Of a stretch of DNA of 64,000 bases, positions 19,947 to 31,703 are shown piece after piece. Within the stretch, counting starts at the first letter, position 1; each line of letters begins with the position of its first letter. This DNA comes from Escherichia coli (GTDB lineage Bacteria; Pseudomonadota; Gammaproteobacteria; Enterobacterales; Enterobacteriaceae). The translations under genes were made by a program, and so were the position numbers. The notes below the pieces were generated by a model. The model did not search any database. It was given only the letters and a program-made list of their open reading frames with translations, and was not told the DNA's origin. Location of the stretch: NCBI RefSeq assembly GCF_003790525.1, contig NZ_CP033635.1, one strand, 5' to 3'.

Positions 19947-21857
19947 TTACCTGGAGGATGGTATCGCAAGGAAGCGAACCGCACGGGCAATGTCACGGGT
20001 GCGCGGCGCGGGCGGCAGACTGGCGAGAAACGTCGCGCCGTAAGGGCGCATCACCAGCCGATTGTCACAAATCACCAAAACCCCGCGATCGTCGGCGTCG
20101 CGAATCAGTCGCCCTACTCCCTGCTTGAGAGTAATCACCGCATCCGGTAGTTGTACTTCATCGAACGGGTCACCACCACGCAAACGGCAATCTTCCATGC
20201 GCGCTTTTAATAGTGGATCATCCGGTGAGGTAAACGGCAACTTGTCGATAATCACCAATGACAATGTATCGCCACGCACATCCACCCCTTCCCAGAAGCT
20301 GCTGGTTGCCACAAGAAGCGCGTTACCGGCGCTGACAAATTGCTGCAACAGTTGCCCTTTGCTGGTTTCCCCCTGCAACAAAACGGGAAGCGTCATGGTA
20401 GCGCGGAACTGCTCAGCCAGATCGCGCATCATGGCGTGCGAGGTACAAAGCATAAAACAACGACCGTTGTTAGCTTCGATGATCGGTCGCAACATTGCCG
20501 CCAGTTGCCGTGCGGAGCCCGGTTGATTGGTTTGCGGCAGGTTGCGCGGCACACAGAGTAACGCCTGGCGGCTGTAATCAAACGGGCTGGGTAACAGCAA
20601 CGACTCCGCCTGTTCGATGCCAAGCCGCGAGGTGAAATGATGCAGATCGTCGTTCACCGACAGCGTTGCTGAGGTAAAGATCCAGCTACCGGGTTTTTGC
20701 GCCATTAACTCTTTGAATTTATCCGCCACGCTGAGCGGCGTGAGTGCCAGAGTAAAATGGCGCGAAGTGCATTCGTACCAGTAGCTGTAGCCCGGCTGAT
20801 TGATCTCTTTTAGCCGTTTCAGCCGCGTGCGATACAACGTGGCGCGCTCAAATGCCGCATCCAGCAAAGCGGAACGCCCCAGCGACAGTTTCGCCACGTC
20901 ATAACAAAGTTCCAGGGTGTCATCGAGCAGTAAAAACGCCCGTTGAATTTGCGGATTAGCTAACAGTTCGCGCAGGTTGCCACGATAACCAGGCTCACCG
21001 AGTTGCAGACGAAAATCCTGCGCGCTCTGGGCAAGGCGGTCGGCGCACTTTTGTAACTGCTGGGTGTCTTTTAATTCGGTGCGGTAGGCGATGGTGATGT
21101 CTTTTGCCAGGTCGAGCAGTTGTCGACTGGAGAGTGACTGACCAAAATACTGGCTGGCAATGTCGGGCAGTTGGTGGGCTTCGTCGAAGATCATGACGTC
21201 AGCTTCCGGGATCAGTTCGCCAAATCCACTCTCTTTCACCACCATATCCGCCAGAAAGAGATGATGGTTTACCACCACCACATCGGCGTCCATCGCTTTT
21301 TTGCGTGCTTTGACCACAAAGCAATCTTTATACATCGGGCAGTCGCTGCCAAGGCAGTTATCGTTGGTGCTGGTGACCAGCGGCCACGCCTGTGAATCTT
21401 CCGCCACGCTGACGCAGGTGCTGATATCACCATCGACTGTTTGATTAGACCAGGAGCGCAGCAGGATCACATCGCTTAAGATTTGTACCGGCAGATCGCC
21501 CCCCGCCAGCGCCTGCTGTTCGAGACGTTCGAGGCAGAGGTAGTTTGAGCGCCCTTTCAGCAACGCCAGGTTGCCCGTGTATTTCAATGCCTTTGAGACC
21601 GTTGGCAAATCGCGGCTGTAGAGCTGATCCTGCAACGCTTTTGAACCGGTCGAGATAATGACTTTCTTTTTCGCCCGCAGCGCAGGGGCCAGGTAAGCGT
21701 AGGTTTTGCCCGTACCGGTTCCGGCTTCCACCACCAGCGGCTGGCCTTTTTCTATCGCCTGGGTGACGGCTACCGCCATCTGTCGCTGTGGTTCTCGCGG
21801 CTTAAAGCCTGGTATCGCTTTCGCCAGCTGACCGTCTGGTGCAAAATCGTCCGTCAC
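19947..21857 (-). CDS. yoaA: DinG-family ATP-dependent DNA helicase YoaA, 636 aa
   Basis: Full-length ORF; Walker A (GTGKT), DEAH box (DEAH), Fe-S cysteine cluster. Confidence 0.95.
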   Translation of the reverse strand: MTDDFAPDGQLAKAIPGFKPREPQRQMAVAVTQAIEKGQPLVVEAGTGTGKTYAYLAPALRAKKKVIISTGSKALQDQLYSRDLPTVSKALKYTGNLALLKGRSNYLCLERLEQQALAGGDLPVQILSDVILLRSWSNQTVDGDISTCVSVAEDSQAWPLVTSTNDNCLGSDCPMYKDCFVVKARKKAMDADVVVVNHHLFLADMVVKESGFGELIPEADVMIFDEAHQLPDIASQYFGQSLSSRQLLDLAKDITIAYRTELKDTQQLQKCADRLAQSAQDFRLQLGEPGYRGNLRELLANPQIQRAFLLLDDTLELCYDVAKLSLGRSALLDAAFERATLYRTRLKRLKEINQPGYSYWYECTSRHFTLALTPLSVADKFKELMAQKPGSWIFTSATLSVNDDLHHFTSRLGIEQAESLLLPSPFDYSRQALLCVPRNLPQTNQPGSARQLAAMLRPIIEANNGRCFMLCTSHAMMRDLAEQFRATMTLPVLLQGETSKGQLLQQFVSAGNALLVATSSFWEGVDVRGDTLSLVIIDKLPFTSPDDPLLKARMEDCRLRGGDPFDEVQLPDAVITLKQGVGRLIRDADDRGVLVICDNRLVMRPYGATFLASLPPAPRTRDIARAVRFLAIPSSR

Positions 21858-21988
21858 ACTACCCCCTGTTGATTTGAACAGGGATTATGTCAGGATGAGG
21901 GCGCTTTCGCCAGTTGAAGTGGTGACGGCGACCTCACATTGTGGCAGTCTTTGCAGCACGAAAATGGAAGGATAATGAGGACAAAATG

Positions 21989-22333
21989 ATGACTATCGTT
22001 CGTATCGATGCTGAAGCCCGCTGGTCTGATGTGGTGATCCACAACAACACGCTATACTACACTGGTGTACCGGAAAACCTCGACGCCGATGCTTTTGAGC
22101 AAACCGCCAACACGCTGGCGCAGATTGACGCCGTGCTGGAAAAACAGGGCAGCAATAAATCGAGCATTCTGGATGCCACCATTTTCCTGGCTGATAAAAA
22201 CGACTTCGCGGCGATGAATAAAGCGTGGGATGCCTGGGTTGTCGCTGGTCATGCGCCGGTGCGCTGCACGGTACAAGCGGGTTTGATGAACCCGAAGTAT
22301 AAAGTTGAAATTAAGATTGTGGCTGCAGTGTAA
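21989..22333 (+). CDS. yoaB: RidA/YjgF-family protein YoaB, 114 aa
   Basis: ORF 21941..22333; ATG at 21989 gives 114 aa (MTIVRIDAEARW...). Confidence 0.9.
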   Translation: MTIVRIDAEARWSDVVIHNNTLYYTGVPENLDADAFEQTANTLAQIDAVLEKQGSNKSSILDATIFLADKNDFAAMNKAWDAWVVAGHAPVRCTVQAGLMNPKYKVEIKIVAAV

Positions 22334-22754
22334 GCTTTATCGAAGCATAATAAGTCAGACGATAATTTATCGATAATACTGGTCGGTTTTGCATAAATCG
22401 ACCAGAGATTAAGTTATTACTGTTGATGCTCCTGCTAATTCATTATTTATTTTTATAATTTCAATTTCATCTATAAAACTGGCTATATAAATAAACATAA
22501 CCATGCCGTTGTGTTCGCCCTCTGATTAGCAACTCTGGTTTTCTTTCTTAGCTGAACAATCTGGTTATAGCGTGAGAACTGACCGTTAATTTTCTCCCTC
22601 TTACTGGATAACACACCATGAGCTGCTACCTTTAAAACACCTGAATGTCAACAGGTTAACTCGTGCCATATCGTTATAATCCCTTTGATATTAGATGCAA
22701 ATTAAGGTCATATATAGCCTTATCGATAACATGGTTAATTTTAAGGATAAGAAT

Positions 22755-23054
22755 ATGCCTGCTGTAATAGATAAAGCCCTGGATTTCATTGGTGCCATGG
22801 ATGTATCAGCACCAACACCAAGTTCGATGAATGAAAGCACGGCGAAGGGAATCTTTAAATATTTGAAAGAACTGGGAGTACCCGCGAGTGCCGCTGATAT
22901 TACGGCGCGAGCTGACCAGGAAGGCTGGAACCCGGGGTTCACGGAAAAAATGGTTGGATGGGCAAAAAAAATGGAGTCTGGTGAACGCATTGTGATTAAA
23001 AATCCTGAATACTTTTCAACATATATGCAGGAAGAACTAAAAGCACTGGTCTAA
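22755..23054 (+). CDS. yoaC: DUF1889 protein YoaC, 99 aa
   Basis: ORF 22695..23054; ATG at 22755 (MPAVIDKALDF...) gives 99 aa; preceded by a 420-bp AT-rich intergenic region. Confidence 0.88.
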   Translation: MPAVIDKALDFIGAMDVSAPTPSSMNESTAKGIFKYLKELGVPASAADITARADQEGWNPGFTEKMVGWAKKMESGERIVIKNPEYFSTYMQEELKALV

Positions 23055-23083
23055 GTTAAATTTACATCAGCATAAATGGGTCA

Positions 23084-23120
23084 GGACGCTTTTAATCACA
23101 TATGAAAAGCGTCCTTTTTC
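23084..23120 (+). terminator. intrinsic terminator downstream of yoaC
   Basis: GGACGCTTTT-loop-AAAAGCGTCC followed by TTTTT. Confidence 0.7.
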
Positions 23121-23173
23121 TCACAATCAAATAATCATCGGCTTCTATAACGAAAGCGATACGGGTTAGTGTG

Positions 23174-23353
23174 TTACTCGTCTTCATCCTCAAAACGCGC
23201 CACGATTCGCTCGCCGGAATGGTTGGCACGCAGCTCTTCTGCCATCAACGCGATTGCCTGGCCGCTGCTCATCCCTTGAGCCATCAGTTCCTGGATCCGC
23301 TCGACAGCTTTTTGCTGCTGTTCATGGGTGAGTGAAGGTAAACCTGCAAACAT
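23174..23353 (-). CDS. yoaH: UPF0181 protein YoaH, 59 aa
   Basis: Minus-strand translation [59 protein letters not shown]; divergent from pabB. Confidence 0.85.
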
Positions 23354-23426
23354 TGTTAACTCCTGCTAAATTGTTGGCGCTAATTATTTCATGCTACCCG
23401 GCACATAGCCAGTAGAGTCAGGACTG

Positions 23427-24788
23427 ATGAAGACGTTATCTCCCGCTGTGATTACTTTACCCTGGCGTCAGGACGCCGCTGAATTTTATTTCTCACGCTT
23501 AAGCCACCTGCCGTGGGCGATGCTTTTACACTCCGGCTATGCCGATCATCCGTATAGCCGCTTTGATATTGTGGTCGCCGAGCCAATTTGCACTTTAACT
23601 ACTTTCGGTAAAGAAACCGTTATTAGTGAAAGCGATAAACGTACAACGACCACTGATGACCCGCTACAGGTGCTCCAGCAGGTGCTGGATCGCGCAGACA
23701 TTCACCCAACGCATAACGAAGATTTGCCATTTCAGGGCGGCGCGCTGGGGTTGTTTGGCTACGATCTGGGCCGCCGTTTTGAGTCACTGCCAGAAATTGC
23801 GCAGCAAGATATCGTTCTGCCGGATATGGCAGTGGGTATCTACGACTGGGCGCTGGTTGTTGACCACCAGCGTCAAACAGTTTCTTTGCTGAGTCATAAT
23901 GATGTCAATGCTCGTCGGGCCTGGCTGGAAAGCCAGCAATTCTCGCCGCAGGAAGATTTCACGCTCACTTCCGACTGGCAATCCAATATGACCCGCGAAC
24001 TGTACGGCGAAAAATTTCGCCAGGTACAGGAATATCTGCACAGCGGTGATTGCTATCAGGTGAATCTCGCCCAGCGTTTTCATGCGACCTATTCTGGCGA
24101 TGAATGGCAGGCATTCCTTCAGCTTAATCAGGCCAACCGCGCGCCGTTTAGCGCTTTTTTACGCCTTGAACAAGGCACGATTTTAAGCCTTTCGCCAGAG
24201 CGGTTTATCCTTTGTGATAACAGTGAAATCCAGACCCGCCCGATTAAAGGCACGCTACCACGCCTGCCCGATCCTCAGGAAGATAGCAAACAAGCAGAGA
24301 AACTGGCGAACTCAGCGAAAGATCGTGCCGAAAATCTGATGATTGTCGATTTAATGCGTAATGATATCGGTCGTGTTGCCGTAGCAGGTTCGGTAAAAGT
24401 ACCAGAGCTGTTCGTGGTGGAACCCTTCCCTGCCGTGCATCATCTGGTCAGCACCATAACGGCGCAACTACCAGAACAGTTACACGCCAGCGATCTGCTG
24501 CGCGCGGCTTTTCCTGGTGGCTCAATAACTGGGGCTCCGAAAGTACGGGCTATGGAAATTATCGACGAACTGGAACCGCAGCGACGCAATGCCTGGTGCG
24601 GCAGCATTGGCTATTTGAGCTTTTGCGGCAACATGGACACCAGCATTACTATCCGCACGCTGACTGCCATTAACGGACAAATTTACTGCTCTGCGGGGGG
24701 TGGAATTGTCGCCGATAGCCAGGAAGAAGCGGAATATCAGGAAACTTTTGATAAAGTTAATAAGATATTACGCCAACTGGAGAAGTAA
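23427..24788 (+). CDS. pabB: aminodeoxychorismate synthase component I PabB, 453 aa
   Basis: Full-length ORF; chorismate-binding enzyme family. Confidence 0.95.
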   Translation: MKTLSPAVITLPWRQDAAEFYFSRLSHLPWAMLLHSGYADHPYSRFDIVVAEPICTLTTFGKETVISESDKRTTTTDDPLQVLQQVLDRADIHPTHNEDLPFQGGALGLFGYDLGRRFESLPEIAQQDIVLPDMAVGIYDWALVVDHQRQTVSLLSHNDVNARRAWLESQQFSPQEDFTLTSDWQSNMTRELYGEKFRQVQEYLHSGDCYQVNLAQRFHATYSGDEWQAFLQLNQANRAPFSAFLRLEQGTILSLSPERFILCDNSEIQTRPIKGTLPRLPDPQEDSKQAEKLANSAKDRAENLMIVDLMRNDIGRVAVAGSVKVPELFVVEPFPAVHHLVSTITAQLPEQLHASDLLRAAFPGGSITGAPKVRAMEIIDELEPQRRNAWCGSIGYLSFCGNMDTSITIRTLTAINGQIYCSAGGGIVADSQEEAEYQETFDKVNKILRQLEK

Positions 24789-24791
24789 GAC

Positions 24792-25370
24792 GTGGAATAC
24801 CGTAGCCTGACGCTTGATGATTTTTTATCGCGCTTTCAACTTTTGCGCCCGCAAATTAACCGGGAAACCCTAAATCATCGTCAGGCTGCCGTGTTAATCC
24901 CCATCGTCCGTCGACCGCAACCGGGGTTGTTGCTGACTCAGCGTTCGATTCATCTGCGCAAACACGCTGGACAAGTGGCATTCCCTGGAGGCGCAGTCGA
25001 TGACACGGACGCATCCGTTATCGCCGCTGCGCTGCGCGAAGCTGAAGAAGAGGTCGCTATACCGCCTTCCACCGTTGAAGTTATCGGCGTGCTGCCGCCC
25101 GTCGATAGCGTCACTGGCTACCAGGTAACCCCAGTGGTCGGCATTATCCCGCCCGATCTGCCGTATCGCGCCAGTGAAGATGAAGTCTCGGCGGTGTTTG
25201 AAATGCCGCTCGCCCAGGCATTACATCTGGGTCGTTATCATCCTTTAGATATCTACCGCCGTGGCGATTCACATCGGGTATGGCTGTCCTGGTACGAACA
25301 GTATTTTGTATGGGGAATGACCGCAGGCATAATTCGTGAACTGGCGCTGCAAATTGGTGTGAAACCCTGA
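24792..25370 (+). CDS. nudL: Nudix CoA pyrophosphatase NudL (YeaB), 192 aa
   Basis: Full-length ORF starting (GTG) 3 nt after the pabB stop; Nudix box ([25 protein letters not shown]). Confidence 0.92.
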   Translation: MEYRSLTLDDFLSRFQLLRPQINRETLNHRQAAVLIPIVRRPQPGLLLTQRSIHLRKHAGQVAFPGGAVDDTDASVIAAALREAEEEVAIPPSTVEVIGVLPPVDSVTGYQVTPVVGIIPPDLPYRASEDEVSAVFEMPLAQALHLGRYHPLDIYRRGDSHRVWLSWYEQYFVWGMTAGIIRELALQIGVKP

Positions 25371-25553
25371 CTATACTTATCTTTACATCTACAAAACACT
25401 ACTTGAGACAATCATCGCAATATTAGTTAAATCGCGGTTTTTGATTAGTTTAATTCATGTGAATAGTTAAGCCAGTCGCCGCGTTCCCTCTTACACTATG
25501 CGCTGTTATTAGTTCGTTACTGGAAGTCCAGTCACCTTGTCAGGAGTATTATC

Positions 25554-26918
25554 GTGATTAGTCTATTCGACATGTTTAAGGTGGGGATTGGTCCCTCATC
25601 TTCCCATACCGTAGGGCCTATGAAGGCGGGTAAACAGTTCGTCGATGACCTGGTCGAAAAAGGCTTACTGGATAGCGTTACTCGCGTTGCCGTGGACGTT
25701 TATGGTTCACTGTCGCTGACGGGTAAAGGCCACCACACCGATATCGCCATTATTATGGGTCTTGCAGGTAACGAACCTGCCACCGTGGATATCGACAGTA
25801 TTCCCGGTTTTATTCGCGACGTAGAAGAGCGCGAACGTCTGCTGCTGGCACAGGGACGGCATGAAGTGGATTTCCCGCGCGACAACGGGATGCGTTTTCA
25901 TAACGGTAACCTGCCGCTGCATGAAAACGGTATGCAAATCCACGCCTATAACGGCGATGAAGTCGTCTACAGCAAAACTTATTATTCCATCGGCGGCGGT
26001 TTTATCGTCGATGAAGAACACTTTGGTCAGGATGCCGCCAACGAAGTGAGCGTGCCGTATCCGTTCAAATCTGCCACCGAACTGCTCGCGTACTGCAATG
26101 AAACCGGCTATTCGCTGTCTGGTCTCGCTATGCAGAATGAACTGGCGCTGCACAGCAAGAAAGAGATCGACGAGTATTTCGCGCATGTCTGGCAAACCAT
26201 GCAGGCATGTATCGATCGCGGGATGAACACCGAAGGCGTACTGCCAGGCCCGCTGCGCGTGCCGCGTCGTGCGTCTGCCCTGCGCCGGATGCTGGTTTCC
26301 AGCGATAAACTGTCTAACGATCCGATGAATGTCATTGACTGGGTAAACATGTTTGCGCTGGCAGTTAACGAAGAGAACGCCGCCGGTGGTCGCGTGGTAA
26401 CTGCGCCAACCAACGGTGCTTGTGGCATTGTTCCGGCAGTGCTGGCTTACTATGACCACTTTATTGAGTCCGTCAGCCCGGACATCTATACCCGCTACTT
26501 TATGGCAGCGGGTGCGATTGGTGCACTGTATAAAATGAACGCCTCTATTTCCGGTGCGGAAGTCGGTTGCCAGGGCGAAGTGGGTGTTGCCTGTTCAATG
26601 GCTGCTGCGGGCCTTGCCGAGCTGTTGGGCGGTAGCCCGGAACAGGTTTGTGTGGCGGCGGAAATTGGCATGGAGCACAACCTCGGTCTGACCTGCGACC
26701 CGGTTGCAGGGCAGGTTCAGGTGCCGTGCATTGAGCGTAATGCTATTGCCTCTGTGAAGGCGATTAACGCCGCACGGATGGCTCTGCGCCGCACCAGCGC
26801 ACCGCGCGTCTCGCTGGATAAGGTCATCGAAACGATGTACGAAACCGGTAAGGACATGAACGCCAAATACCGCGAAACCTCACGCGGTGGTCTGGCAATC
26901 AAAGTCCAGTGTGACTAA
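25554..26918 (+). CDS. sdaA: L-serine dehydratase 1 SdaA, 454 aa
   Basis: Full-length ORF with GTG start at 25554 ([23 protein letters not shown]...). Confidence 0.95.
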   Translation: MISLFDMFKVGIGPSSSHTVGPMKAGKQFVDDLVEKGLLDSVTRVAVDVYGSLSLTGKGHHTDIAIIMGLAGNEPATVDIDSIPGFIRDVEERERLLLAQGRHEVDFPRDNGMRFHNGNLPLHENGMQIHAYNGDEVVYSKTYYSIGGGFIVDEEHFGQDAANEVSVPYPFKSATELLAYCNETGYSLSGLAMQNELALHSKKEIDEYFAHVWQTMQACIDRGMNTEGVLPGPLRVPRRASALRRMLVSSDKLSNDPMNVIDWVNMFALAVNEENAAGGRVVTAPTNGACGIVPAVLAYYDHFIESVSPDIYTRYFMAAGAIGALYKMNASISGAEVGCQGEVGVACSMAAAGLAELLGGSPEQVCVAAEIGMEHNLGLTCDPVAGQVQVPCIERNAIASVKAINAARMALRRTSAPRVSLDKVIETMYETGKDMNAKYRETSRGGLAIKVQCD

Positions 26919-26928
26919 TACTTCTTAC

Positions 26929-26960
26929 TCGCCCATCTGCAACGGATGGGCGAATTTATC
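26929..26960 (+). terminator. probable intrinsic terminator downstream of sdaA
   Basis: TCGCCCATC-TGCAAC-GGATGGGCGA hairpin followed by a T-rich tail. Confidence 0.5.
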
Positions 26961-27048
26961 CCCGCTTTCTCGTCTGCTGTAATATTCCCCACTACACTTC
27001 CACTGTTGCGTCAGGCGTTTGTCGCCATACGCTTACAGGGTGGCCCGC

Positions 27049-28647
27049 ATGCAAAAAGCACAACGGATCATTAAAACCTATCGCCGTAATCGAATGATTG
27101 TTTGTACGATTTGCGCCCTCGTTACGCTCGCTTCGACCCTGAGCGTGCGATTTATTTCACAGCGTAACTTAAATCAACAACGGGTAGTACAATTCGCCAA
27201 TCACGCTGTAGAGGAATTAGATAAAGTACTGCTTCCCCTACAGGCAGGTAGCGAAGTCTTGCTTCCGCTGATTGGTCTGCCCTGCTCTGTCGCCCATTTG
27301 CCATTACGTAAACAGGCGGCAAAACTCCAAACTGTGCGATCCATTGGCCTGGTGCAAGACGGCACACTTTATTGCTCCAGCATTTTTGGTTATCGCAATG
27401 TGCCCGTCGTGGACATTCTGGCTGAACTTCCTGCACCGCAACCACTTTTACGCCTGACGATCGACCGTGCCCTGATTAAAGGCAGTCCGGTTTTGATTCA
27501 GTGGACGCCAGCAGCGGGCAGTAGCAAAGCTGGGGTCATGGAGATGATTAACATCGACTTACTGGCGGCAATGCTGCTTGAGCCACAACTGCCGCAAATC
27601 AGTAGCGCCAGCCTGACGGTGGACGATCGGCATTTGCTCTATGGTAATGGGCTGGTAGATTCCCTTCCGCAACCTGAAAACAATGAAAACTACCAGGTTT
27701 CTTCGCAACGCTTTCCTTTTACCATTAACGTTAATGGTCCGGGGGCTACGGCGCTGGCATGGCACTATCTTCCAACACAATTACCGCTGGCGGTGCTGCT
27801 AAGTTTACTGGTGGGCTACATCGCCTGGCTGGCGACCGCTTACCGGATGAGCTTTTCCCGCGAAATCAATCTGGGCCTGGCGCAACATGAGTTCGAATTG
27901 TTCTGTCAGCCTTTGCTTAATGCGCGCAGCCAGCAATGTATTGGTGTAGAGATTTTGCTTCGCTGGAACAATCCGCGTCAGGGCTGGATTTCACCGGATG
28001 TGTTTATTCCTATCGCGGAAGAACATCATTTAATTGTGCCACTGACCCGCTATGTGATGGCAGAAACCATTCGTCAGCGCCATGTTTTCCCGATGAGTAG
28101 TCAGTTTCATGTTGGCATTAACGTCGCACCCAGCCATTTTCGCCGTGGTGTGCTGATAAAAGATCTCAATCAGTACTGGTTTAGCGCTCACCCGATTCAG
28201 CAACTGATCCTCGAAATCACCGAACGCGATGCCTTACTGGATGTTGATTATCGGATTGCCCGCGAGCTACATCGTAAAAACGTCAAACTGGCGATTGATG
28301 ACTTCGGCACCGGCAACAGTTCATTTTCCTGGCTTGAAACATTACGTCCTGACGTGCTGAAAATTGATAAGTCATTTACCGCAGCTATAGGTTCTGACGC
28401 GGTTAACTCGACGGTGACCGATATCATCATCGCTCTGGGGCAAAGACTGAATATTGAACTGGTGGCGGAGGGTGTGGAAACACAAGAACAGGCGAAGTAT
28501 TTGCGCCGTCATGGGGTGCATATTTTGCAAGGGTATTTGTACGCACAGCCGATGCCGCTACGTGATTTTCCCAAATGGCTGGCGGGCAGCCAACCGCCGC
28601 CCGCCCGGCATAATGGACATATCACGCCCGTTATGCCGTTACGTTAA
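27049..28647 (+). CDS. pdeD: c-di-GMP phosphodiesterase PdeD (YoaD), CSS-EAL, 532 aa
   Basis: ORF 27019..28647; ATG at 27049 gives 532 aa; N-terminal TM plus periplasmic CSS domain; EAL domain with E(I)L signature in VEILLRW. Confidence 0.92.
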   Translation: MQKAQRIIKTYRRNRMIVCTICALVTLASTLSVRFISQRNLNQQRVVQFANHAVEELDKVLLPLQAGSEVLLPLIGLPCSVAHLPLRKQAAKLQTVRSIGLVQDGTLYCSSIFGYRNVPVVDILAELPAPQPLLRLTIDRALIKGSPVLIQWTPAAGSSKAGVMEMINIDLLAAMLLEPQLPQISSASLTVDDRHLLYGNGLVDSLPQPENNENYQVSSQRFPFTINVNGPGATALAWHYLPTQLPLAVLLSLLVGYIAWLATAYRMSFSREINLGLAQHEFELFCQPLLNARSQQCIGVEILLRWNNPRQGWISPDVFIPIAEEHHLIVPLTRYVMAETIRQRHVFPMSSQFHVGINVAPSHFRRGVLIKDLNQYWFSAHPIQQLILEITERDALLDVDYRIARELHRKNVKLAIDDFGTGNSSFSWLETLRPDVLKIDKSFTAAIGSDAVNSTVTDIIIALGQRLNIELVAEGVETQEQAKYLRRHGVHILQGYLYAQPMPLRDFPKWLAGSQPPPARHNGHITPVMPLR

Positions 28648-28650
28648 CAC

Positions 28651-30207
28651 TTACTCATCTTCATCGTGCGCCGGTTGCTCTTTAACAATGCGAACCAGAT
28701 CAACACGATAATCATTGGCTTCAATGATGGTGATATGCAGTGGCCCTACATCAATCACATCGCCCACACGGGGAATGTGACCATTTGCCGAGATCACGAG
28801 GCCCGCGACCGTCGCGATATCATCGTCATCGGCAAGGTGCTCAACATCAAGCGCCTGCTGCAAGGCATGCAAATCTGTACCGCCTTTTACCAGCCAGCCG
28901 TCACCGTCGGTAATGATTTCCGGCGTTTCGTCAGCGTCCGGGAATTCACCCGCAATGGCTTCCAGCACATCCAGCGGCGTGACCAGACCTTGTACCACAC
29001 CAAACTCGTTGGTCACGATAACAAAGCTCCCGCGAGCACGACGCAGTACGCCCAGCAGGTTGATCGGATCGAGGGTTTCCGGGACGATAATCGCCGGAGA
29101 CGCCGAAGCAATCGCCGCCACATCAACGCCCTCTTCCAGCGCCACCAGCAGTTCTTTAGCACGTACGATACCGATGATTTCATCCAGTTCACCGCGACAT
29201 ACCGGGAACAGACTGTGCGGTGAAGAGAGCAGTTGCTCGCGGATTTCATCGACCCCGAGATTAGCGTCAACCCAGCTTATTTCACCGCGCGGCGTCATGA
29301 TCCCGCGCAGAGAACGCGACGCCAGCGTCAGTACGCCGTTAATCATGTAACGTTCTTCTTCGGCAAATGCACCTTCCGGGATCGGCATCGGCATCGGGTT
29401 ATCGGCATCGTGCTGGACATTGGCCTGACGTTTCCCGCCCATCAAACGCAGGATGGCATCGGCAGTACGCGCTCGCAGCGGCAAAGTCGACTGGTGACGA
29501 ATAAAGTTGCGACGCGCAATTTGGTTAAACACTTCGATGATGATCGAGAAGCCAATCGCGGCATACAGGTAACCTTTCGGAATGTGGAAACCGAAACCTT
29601 CTGCCACCAGACTCAGACCTATCATTAACAGGAAGCTCAGACAGAGCACCACCACCGTTGGATGCTGGTTAACAAATCGCGTCAGCGGTTTCGATGCCAG
29701 CAGCATAACCGCCATCGCAATCACTACCGCCGCCATCATCACTGGCAGATGGTTAACCATCCCTACTGCCGTAATTACCGCATCCAACGAGAAGACGGCG
29801 TCAAGGATGACGATCTGTGTGACGACCACCCAGAAACTGGCGTAGCCTTTACCGTGGCCGGAATCATGATCGCGGTTTTCCAGCCGTTCATGCAGTTCGG
29901 TTGTTGCTTTGAACAGCAAGAATATCCCCCCGAACAACATAATCAGGTCGCGTCCGGAGAAGGAGAAATCCATGACGGTAAATAGCGGTTTGGTCAGCGT
30001 GACCATCCATGAAATCAGCGACAGCAGCCCCAGACGCATAATCAGCGCCAGTGATAATCCCAGCAAACGCGCTTTATCGCGTTGTTTTGGCGGCAGTTTG
30101 TCAGCAAGAATGGCGATGAAGACCAGGTTATCGATACCCAGCACAATTTCGAGAACAACAAGCGTGAGTAGCCCCGCCCAAATCGAGGGGTCCATTAAGA
30201 ATTCCAT
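28651..30207 (-). CDS. yoaE: TerC-family/CBS-CorC domain inner membrane protein YoaE, 518 aa
   Basis: Full-length ORF; N-terminal TerC-like TM region, C-terminal CBS pair and CorC/HlyC domain. Confidence 0.93.
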
Positions 30208-30669
30208 GACAAGCTCCTGCTTAAGGAATAGCTATTCGACGCCAGAAATAATGCAGGCGTAACGACAAAATGCAAACGAAAGGTGCGGCATAAAGTGCCA
30301 GAAAGGCAGGCGTTAAAAGGCCTGATGCTGAAATGACGTCGGTGACGATCCATACTGCGGGCTACTGCCCTATACTCCATGGTTGTTAAACAGGAGTTAA
30401 ACATATCAGAGACACATCTGATTTGGCAAAGATTTACCTTCCTTTGCAAACGAATGTGACAAGGATATTTTACCTTTCGAAATTTCTGCTAATCGAAAGT
30501 TAAATTACGGATCTTCATCACATAAAATAATTTTTTCGATATCTAAAATAAATCGCGAAACGCAGGGGTTTTTGGTTGTAGCCCTTATCTGAATCGATTC
30601 GATTGTGGACGACGATTCAAAAATACATCTGGCACGTTGAGGTGTTAACGATAATAAAGGAGGTAGCAA

Positions 30670-31641
30670 GTGACCATTGCTATTGTTATAGGCACACATG
30701 GTTGGGCTGCAGAGCAGTTGCTTAAAACCGCAGAAATGCTGTTAGGCGAGCAGGAAAACGTCGGCTGGATCGATTTCGTTCCAGGTGAAAATGCCGAAAC
30801 GCTGATTGAAAAGTACAACGCTCAGTTGGCAAAACTCGACACCACTAAAGGCGTGCTGTTTCTCGTTGATACATGGGGAGGCAGCCCATTCAATGCTGCC
30901 AGCCGCATTGTCGTCGACAAAGAGCATTATGAAGTCATTGCAGGCGTTAACATTCCAATGCTCGTGGAAACGTTAATGGCCCGTGATGATGACCCAAGCT
31001 TTGATGAACTGGTTGCGCTGGCAGTAGAAACAGGCCGTGAAGGCGTGAAAGCTCTGAAAGCCAAACCGGTTGAAAAAGCCGCGCCAGCACCCGCTGCCGC
31101 AGCACCAAAAGCGGCTCCAACTCCGGCAAAACCAATGGGACCAAACGACTACATGGTTATTGGCCTTGCGCGTATCGACGACCGTCTGATTCACGGTCAG
31201 GTCGCCACCCGCTGGACCAAAGAAACCAATGTCTCCCGTATTATTGTTGTTAGTGATGAAGTGGCTGCGGATACCGTTCGTAAGACACTGCTCACCCAGG
31301 TTGCACCTCCGGGCGTAACAGCACACGTAGTTGATGTTGCCAAAATGATTCGCGTCTACAACAACCCGAAATATGCTGGCGAACGCGTAATGCTGTTATT
31401 TACCAACCCAACAGATGTAGAGCGTCTCGTTGAAGGCGGCGTGAAAATCACCTCTGTTAACGTCGGTGGTATGGCATTCCGTCAGGGTAAAACCCAGGTG
31501 AATAACGCGGTTTCGGTTGATGAAAAAGATATCGAGGCGTTCAAGAAACTGAATGCGCGCGGTATTGAGCTGGAAGTCCGTAAGGTTTCCACCGATCCGA
31601 AACTGAAAATGATGGATCTGATCAGCAAAATCGATAAGTAA
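30670..31641 (+). CDS. manX: PTS mannose-specific EIIAB ManX, 323 aa
   Basis: Full-length ORF with GTG start at 30670 after AGGAGG; Ala/Pro-rich linker (KAAPAPAAAAPKAAPTPAKP) between IIA and IIB. Confidence 0.95.
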   Translation: MTIAIVIGTHGWAAEQLLKTAEMLLGEQENVGWIDFVPGENAETLIEKYNAQLAKLDTTKGVLFLVDTWGGSPFNAASRIVVDKEHYEVIAGVNIPMLVETLMARDDDPSFDELVALAVETGREGVKALKAKPVEKAAPAPAAAAPKAAPTPAKPMGPNDYMVIGLARIDDRLIHGQVATRWTKETNVSRIIVVSDEVAADTVRKTLLTQVAPPGVTAHVVDVAKMIRVYNNPKYAGERVMLLFTNPTDVERLVEGGVKITSVNVGGMAFRQGKTQVNNAVSVDEKDIEAFKKLNARGIELEVRKVSTDPKLKMMDLISKIDK

Positions 31642-31703
31642 CGTATTGTGTTGATTATCACTCAGTTTTCACACTTAAGTCTTACGTAAACAGGAGAAGT
31701 ACA

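Noticed and set aside
30520-30580. Possible Mlc/NagC-type operator (AAATCGCGAAACG) and CRP site in the manX promoter region
   Set aside because: manXYZ is known to be Mlc- and CRP-regulated, but I could not align a convincing full-length operator by eye; left uncalled pending a position-weight-matrix scan.
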